Position numbers and translations under genes: made by a program. Source: a virus (taxonomy: Duplodnaviria > Caudoviricetes). From it: DNA of 64,000 nt. Under the pieces are notes generated by a model, which ran no database searches, was not told the origin of the DNA, and saw only the letters and a program-made list of their open reading frames with translations. Location of the stretch: IMG/VR virus record IMGVR_UViG_3300021255_004000, positions 1 through 64,000 of that record; one strand, 5' to 3'. Of the stretch, positions 59,734 to 64,000 are shown piece by piece. Every line of letters starts with the position of its first letter. Position 1 is the stretch's first letter.

Positions 59734-61057
59734 AATATGTACCTACCTTATCGTACATATAATTAGCGGCTTCAGCAATAATCGAAGCAATGTCACATTC
59801 TTTATCATAATAGAATTCATCATAAATGTTGTAAGCAGTTATGCCCATCTGTTTCAACTTCCAAACAACATAAAGTTCCAAATAACTTTCAAAATAAAAC
59901 ACTGATGAGGAATGATCTTTTCCCTCAAGGTCCTCACAAATGTTGTAAAGCTTTTTCCAATCTTCAAACATTGCAGGCTTTACAACAGTCAGCCATCTTT
60001 CATAAGCTTCACCACTTGGGTACTTTGCTTTAATCAAATCAGAATTAGAGAAACAAAACTCTGAAAATGATTTGTCAGCGGACTTACCAAAACGCAACCG
60101 CATATGAACAGACTTCATATATTCACGAGGAAGATTAAGACCTGAACGATCTGCCATTTCCTGATAAAAGTCAAAGTCACGGTCCATCCACTCGCCTGTT
60201 GACATTAAATGACTTATACGAGGAACAGCAGACTTAATATCATAACGATACTTCAACCCATTTTGCTGACACCAGACAGTACGATCTGTTTCTCTTGCTT
60301 CATCATTTTCTGTTGCAATATATTTTGAATAGGCGCGGCCTGTAATTTTATTTCCTTCACACTTAAAACGAAGACGCTTTTTGTTATACTCGGACTTGTC
60401 TTCATTATATTCATCAAGCATTCTTTTGAAATCAGAAATTGTTCCTTTTGTGAAGTCAACAACTGCTTGCTTATCAAAATTATCCACAAGCTTATTATTG
60501 AACTGTGTAAGGCCACTTCTTATTGTTTGTTTTTGTTTCTTATTGAACACTTCAACTGTAATGTTGTCGGCAATATCAACAACGGTGTTTGCTGTGGGCT
60601 TGTCTTCGTGTTCTTCAAGATATTTTTGATATTCGTGCGGAAATGATTTTATAATTCCGAGTTGATTAAGACCATAAAGTTTACAAAAGTTTTCATCACC
60701 GTGGCCGAACTGATAGTGTTTATTGATAACATAAATGATTCCACAGTTCTTCATTCCTTTTATCCAATTTGACTGTTGCATACCTGAAATATCAAGGCCT
60801 GCTTTAAGGAATGTATCTTTTGTGAAGTAGATTCCGTGGTTCTGTTTTACATCTCCAATGTTGTAAGAAGATGCAAGAAAGAACATAAGCTCCTTCAATT
60901 TTTTCAATCGCTCTTCAACCTTCAGCTTCAAAGGAAAGTGTTCGATTAAATAATCATCAGTATAAATCTGACCTGAGTATGTCATTATCTCAAGACGCTG
61001 TTTATTTCTTTCAACATCTTTGTCATACTCATTCTTGATAAGAGCATTTAAGTCCAC
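59693..61057 (-). CDS. Protein with a minimal family-A polymerase-like catalytic domain
   Basis: TGRAYS; YDIKSAVPRI (motif A); DFY; REYMK...RFG (motif B); IYDEF (motif C); GTG start with GAGG RBS. Confidence 0.6.
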   Translation of the reverse strand: MDLNALIKNEYDKDVERNKQRLEIMTYSGQIYTDDYLIEHFPLKLKVEERLKKLKELMFFLASSYNIGDVKQNHGIYFTKDTFLKAGLDISGMQQSNWIKGMKNCGIIYVINKHYQFGHGDENFCKLYGLNQLGIIKSFPHEYQKYLEEHEDKPTANTVVDIADNITVEVFNKKQKQTIRSGLTQFNNKLVDNFDKQAVVDFTKGTISDFKRMLDEYNEDKSEYNKKRLRFKCEGNKITGRAYSKYIATENDEARETDRTVWCQQNGLKYRYDIKSAVPRISHLMSTGEWMDRDFDFYQEMADRSGLNLPREYMKSVHMRLRFGKSADKSFSEFCFSNSDLIKAKYPSGEAYERWLTVVKPAMFEDWKKLYNICEDLEGKDHSSSVFYFESYLELYVVWKLKQMGITAYNIYDEFYYDKECDIASIIAEAANYMYDKVGTYYGSFRKGNVSSNA

Positions 61058-61081
61058 AATTATAACCTCTATGGAATTATA

Positions 61082-61492
61082 TTAACCTTTTACAAAAAAA
61101 GAAGCCAACATATTTTCTGTTCGACTTTGATGATTTGGTGTACCGTAGTCAGGCTTTTCAAATAATTCATAAACGCCTAATACGATGCGGTTTGGATCTC
61201 CGCCTCTGTCATAAATGTTATCCCTTATTTTGATAAGTTCTTCATCATTTACAGGAATCTCAATTGGGTCAAACTTAAAGCAAGATGTATGTCCATTGCT
61301 TCTTGTATAAGTAATCTCTTCATCTTTTTCTTCAAGAAAATAAACTTCTGAGAAGAAGTCTCTCAAGTGAGCAACTCTATCATTTGCAGCTTGAAAGAAT
61401 GCTTCTTCATCAGCGAAACCCATATCTTCCATTATGTATCGGGGAGTTTTTGACACCAAACTTTTCAATTCATTAAAAGTGATGTCTTTCAT
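61082..61492 (-). CDS. Hypothetical protein
   Basis: Operon context. Confidence 0.65.
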   Translation of the reverse strand: MKDITFNELKSLVSKTPRYIMEDMGFADEEAFFQAANDRVAHLRDFFSEVYFLEEKDEEITYTRSNGHTSCFKFDPIEIPVNDEELIKIRDNIYDRGGDPNRIVLGVYELFEKPDYGTPNHQSRTENMLASFFVKG

Positions 61493-61502
61493 TTACACCG
61501 CC

Positions 61503-61943
61503 TTATGTTCTGTCAACCATACGACCAAGCGGGTCAGTAGTAAACTCTGTGTTTGCGATTGCTGCCATATCAACATCAACACCGCCAAACTTAGTTTTGT
61601 TTCCTTCTTTGAAAGTAGACTTCCAGTCAAAGGAGTCAGGATTGTTTTCTGGTGTAAGAAGATCAGTAAAACCACCAAGGTCAACACCATAATCTTCCTG
61701 TTCCTGAACGCGCTGCTGTCTCTGTGCAGGGCGTGGGGCCGGAGCTGATTCTTCGATTGAGTCAAAAGAGAACTCAACATCATCATCGCCGTTTATTATT
61801 GATGTAAGTGCTGTATTTACTTTTTTAAGCTGTTTCAAAATTGGCATAACCTGCAACTGGGCAGCTTCACCAGTTTTGATTGCTTTCATCAAGGCAGCTC
61901 CAACTTTTGTAAGTTCCTGCTGCGCTAATTCCAACTGTGCCAT
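61503..61943 (-). CDS. Hypothetical protein
   Basis: GAGG RBS; GTTAATAT and ACTAA motifs upstream. Confidence 0.7.
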   Translation of the reverse strand: MAQLELAQQELTKVGAALMKAIKTGEAAQLQVMPILKQLKKVNTALTSIINGDDDVEFSFDSIEESAPAPRPAQRQQRVQEQEDYGVDLGGFTDLLTPENNPDSFDWKSTFKEGNKTKFGGVDVDMAAIANTEFTTDPLGRMVDRT

Positions 61944-61988
61944 AAGTCACCTCTATATGTATATTAACAATTTAGTCAGAAATCACAA

Positions 61989-62010
61989 AAGGTACCCAGA
62001 CGGGTACCTT
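61989..62010 (-). terminator. Intrinsic terminator
   Basis: AAGGTACCC-agac-GGGTACCTT. Confidence 0.75.
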
Positions 62011-62033
62011 CAACTTATTCACATGATTTTTGA

Positions 62034-62582
62034 TTAAAATGTTGCGATGATTTTTTCAAGGCGAGCAACGCAAGCAGGATTTACACCGTTGAAAGTTGCT
62101 TTCCAATTTGTTTTCTTTACCTTCTGGAAGCGAGCCTTCATCCAAGCATAGCGTGTAGGATTCCAAATTGAAAGGAGGTGTGGGTTTGAAAGGTAAAGGC
62201 GGAATGTTTCTGCGAAAACTTCGCGGTTATTAGGCTCGTAGTTGCTAACGCTTCTTTCGCCCATTGGGATTGTTTCCCAGTTGAAATAATGTTCGTGAAT
62301 GTAGTGACCAACCTCGTGAAGGATTGCCCCGTAAATTGTATCATCAATTACATTGTAGCGAGCAGATTTTTCATTGTCGAAAATTGTGTTTCCAGGGACA
62401 ACTGCAACCACATCTGTTCCGTGAGTGTAGTAGCCTTCTCTTTTGTAGTTGCAAGCTCTTTTCTCAATCGAAAGTTTTGGAACAGCGTAACCGTTCAACT
62501 GGCAGAAACGAACAACAAGGGCCTTTGCTTCGTCCTTCATAATTTCCTTCATCTGTGCCTTGTTCGTGATTACAACTGCCAT
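62034..62582 (-). CDS. Small early zincin metallopeptidase (anthrax-LF-like HExxH...E)
   Basis: ILHEVGHYIH...SNY...REVFAETFRLY..P; own early promoter. Confidence 0.7.
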   Translation of the reverse strand: MAVVITNKAQMKEIMKDEAKALVVRFCQLNGYAVPKLSIEKRACNYKREGYYTHGTDVVAVVPGNTIFDNEKSARYNVIDDTIYGAILHEVGHYIHEHYFNWETIPMGERSVSNYEPNNREVFAETFRLYLSNPHLLSIWNPTRYAWMKARFQKVKKTNWKATFNGVNPACVARLEKIIATF

Positions 62583-62607
62583 ATTTGTTCCTCCTTGTCG
62601 GTTGTTT

Positions 62608-62644
62608 ACAATAATAATATAAAAGACTCGTGCACGAAGTTCAA
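62608..62644 (-). promoter_or_regulatory. Early promoter TTGAAC-N17-TATATT
   Basis: Conserved copy. Confidence 0.8.
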
Positions 62645-62675
62645 AAATCTAATGATAATTTTTCAAACTTTTGAG

Positions 62676-62731
62676 ACTTTTTTAGCTATATGGGACAATA
62701 TAATAATAGGAAATTGAAGGATTTATTTATA
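62676..62731 (+). repeat. Dispersed intergenic element, copy 4 (inverted)
   Basis: ACTTTTTTAGCTATATGGGACAATA...GGAAATTGAAGGATTTATTTATA. Confidence 0.85.
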
Positions 62732-62885
62732 TTTGGAAGTGTTTCTTTTTGAAAAGTTCATACTAAATAAATATATGGAAAGACCGCTAACCGTGGAAAG
62801 CGGACACCATTATAATTCATTATAATGTGTAAGTTTGACATAAATGCTAATTGAAAAGTCGAACAACACGAGGAGATTAAACATA

Positions 62886-64000
62886 ATGATTAGATTTACA
62901 GAAGCTGTAAAACAGTATTCAGAAGAGAAGAAGGCAAGAGGAATGTCTTCTGTAGTTACAGGTAAAGAATTGGCAAAGATTCGCCAGCTTTACAAAGAAG
63001 GCAAGTTCAACGAAGAAACTGAACCTGGAAAGAAAGAAGACGACAAGAAAGAAGAGATGACTGAAGCTCAGAAAGCTGAGTATAACAAAACTCTCGAAGA
63101 ATTCCGTGTATACAAAGAAAGCAAAGGTCTTGGCCGTGGCGTTTCAACAAAGCAGAAGAAAATGATCGAAAGAACAATTCTTTGCGGCACAATGACTGCT
63201 CCTGTTTCTCTTGACGAAAACGAAAAGACAATTATCGCTGGTCCTTCAACAAAAGTTGAAGAAGGTAAAGAAACAAAAGCTGAAACAAAAGTTCAGGAAA
63301 ATAAAGAACTCGACAAGAAAGCAATCGTTGCTTCTATCCGCGAAGCTCGCAAGCAGGTTTTCAATGCAAAGAGACTTTTGCAGGAAAATGACTTGATGGG
63401 TGCTGCTGATGCAACACAGGCTGCTGGTGATGCAATCAACTCTGCAGATGCTGCAATCGCTCCTGCTGCTGAAGGTGCTGTTCCTCAGAACATCGTTGAC
63501 GCTGTTTCTGCTATCAAGACATCAGTTGATGATCTTGCAACACAGTGTGGTATTGAATCACCTGTAGATACTGCTGCCGATCCTAACGCAGGTGTTCCTG
63601 CTGTTGATGGTACAATGCAGGATCCTAACGCTGGTGCTGTTGACCCTAACGCTGCTGCCGCAGGTGCTGGTGCTGTTATGGAAAGCACAAAGCTTGACGC
63701 TGCTAAAGCTCGCCTTGCAAAACGCGAAGCTATGTTGAAGAAAGTTCAGGAAGGAACTGATGGTCAGGACGCAATCACACAGGCTATTGCTGCAATGACA
63801 AATCCTCAGGAATTCCACGATATTGACAAGAAAGATTCAGAAGAATTGGTAAAACCAACAACAAAGAAATCTCCTGAAGCTGCAAACACTTGGCCTACTG
63901 TAAAAGGTACATACAAGGAATCAGTTACAGAAAAAATGATTTCTGACCGCATCGCTGAATCTGAAAACGCTTGGGACTTCAATCGTATCCTTCGCGAAGG
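62886..64000 (+). CDS. Putative prohead scaffold/core protein (runs off the window; absent from the ORF track)
   Basis: Open frame MIRFTEAVKQY... to the window end; GAGGAG RBS; E/K/A-rich with repeated hydrophobic-x-E sites (YKE-S, LQE-N, VME-S, IAE-S). Confidence 0.6.
   Translation, partial: MIRFTEAVKQYSEEKKARGMSSVVTGKELAKIRQLYKEGKFNEETEPGKKEDDKKEEMTEAQKAEYNKTLEEFRVYKESKGLGRGVSTKQKKMIERTILCGTMTAPVSLDENEKTIIAGPSTKVEEGKETKAETKVQENKELDKKAIVASIREARKQVFNAKRLLQENDLMGAADATQAAGDAINSADAAIAPAAEGAVPQNIVDAVSAIKTSVDDLATQCGIESPVDTAADPNAGVPAVDGTMQDPNAGAVDPNAAAAGAGAVMESTKLDAAKARLAKREAMLKKVQEGTDGQDAITQAIAAMTNPQEFHDIDKKDSEELVKPTTKKSPEAANTWPTVKGTYKESVTEKMISDRIAESENAWDFNRILRE

Noticed and set aside
5052-62731. 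Dispersed element as CRISPR repeats, with the Cas4-like nuclease as a cas gene
   Set aside because: Copies are kb apart with no spacers; no cas1/cas2; solo PD-(D/E)XK nucleases are common in phages
62767-62880. Structured ncRNA/tRNA upstream of the scaffold gene
   Set aside because: Only a short CCGCT/AGCGG stem is visible; no cloverleaf or recognisable family, so probably a 5' UTR
125-63818. Numerous 60-150 aa overlapping ORFs in the track
   Set aside because: Alternative-frame or antisense to well-supported genes and lacking RBS or motifs

Overview
This AT-rich window comes from a large lytic dsDNA tailed phage, probably a jumbo or large myovirus, in standard genetic code. The class III RNR (nrdD/nrdG) points to an anaerobic host. 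Plus-strand blocks of giant virion genes (baseplate, tail fibre, scaffold) alternate with mostly minus-strand replication, nucleotide-metabolism and early genes. These include DnaX, SbcC/Rad50, primase, a PD-(D/E)XK nuclease, an HD hydrolase, PARG, ClpP, a sigma factor, a Dps-like protein and a MoxR AAA+/vWA-peptidase pair. The most notable signals are: (1) a ~60-bp dispersed intergenic element in four copies, with two pointing left and two pointing right; (2) a minimal family-A polymerase-fold protein near the primase; (3) a possible cytosine hypermodification toolkit (atypical C5-MTase, T4 BGT-like and GT-A glycosyltransferases); (4) three promoter motif classes, including leaderless late genes; (5) a candidate +1 frameshift (TTT CGA) in a tail/baseplate chaperone; (6) apparent CATG depletion. 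I saw no tRNA, rRNA, CRISPR array, integrase or reverse transcriptase. All calls come from motif recognition by eye, without database searches.
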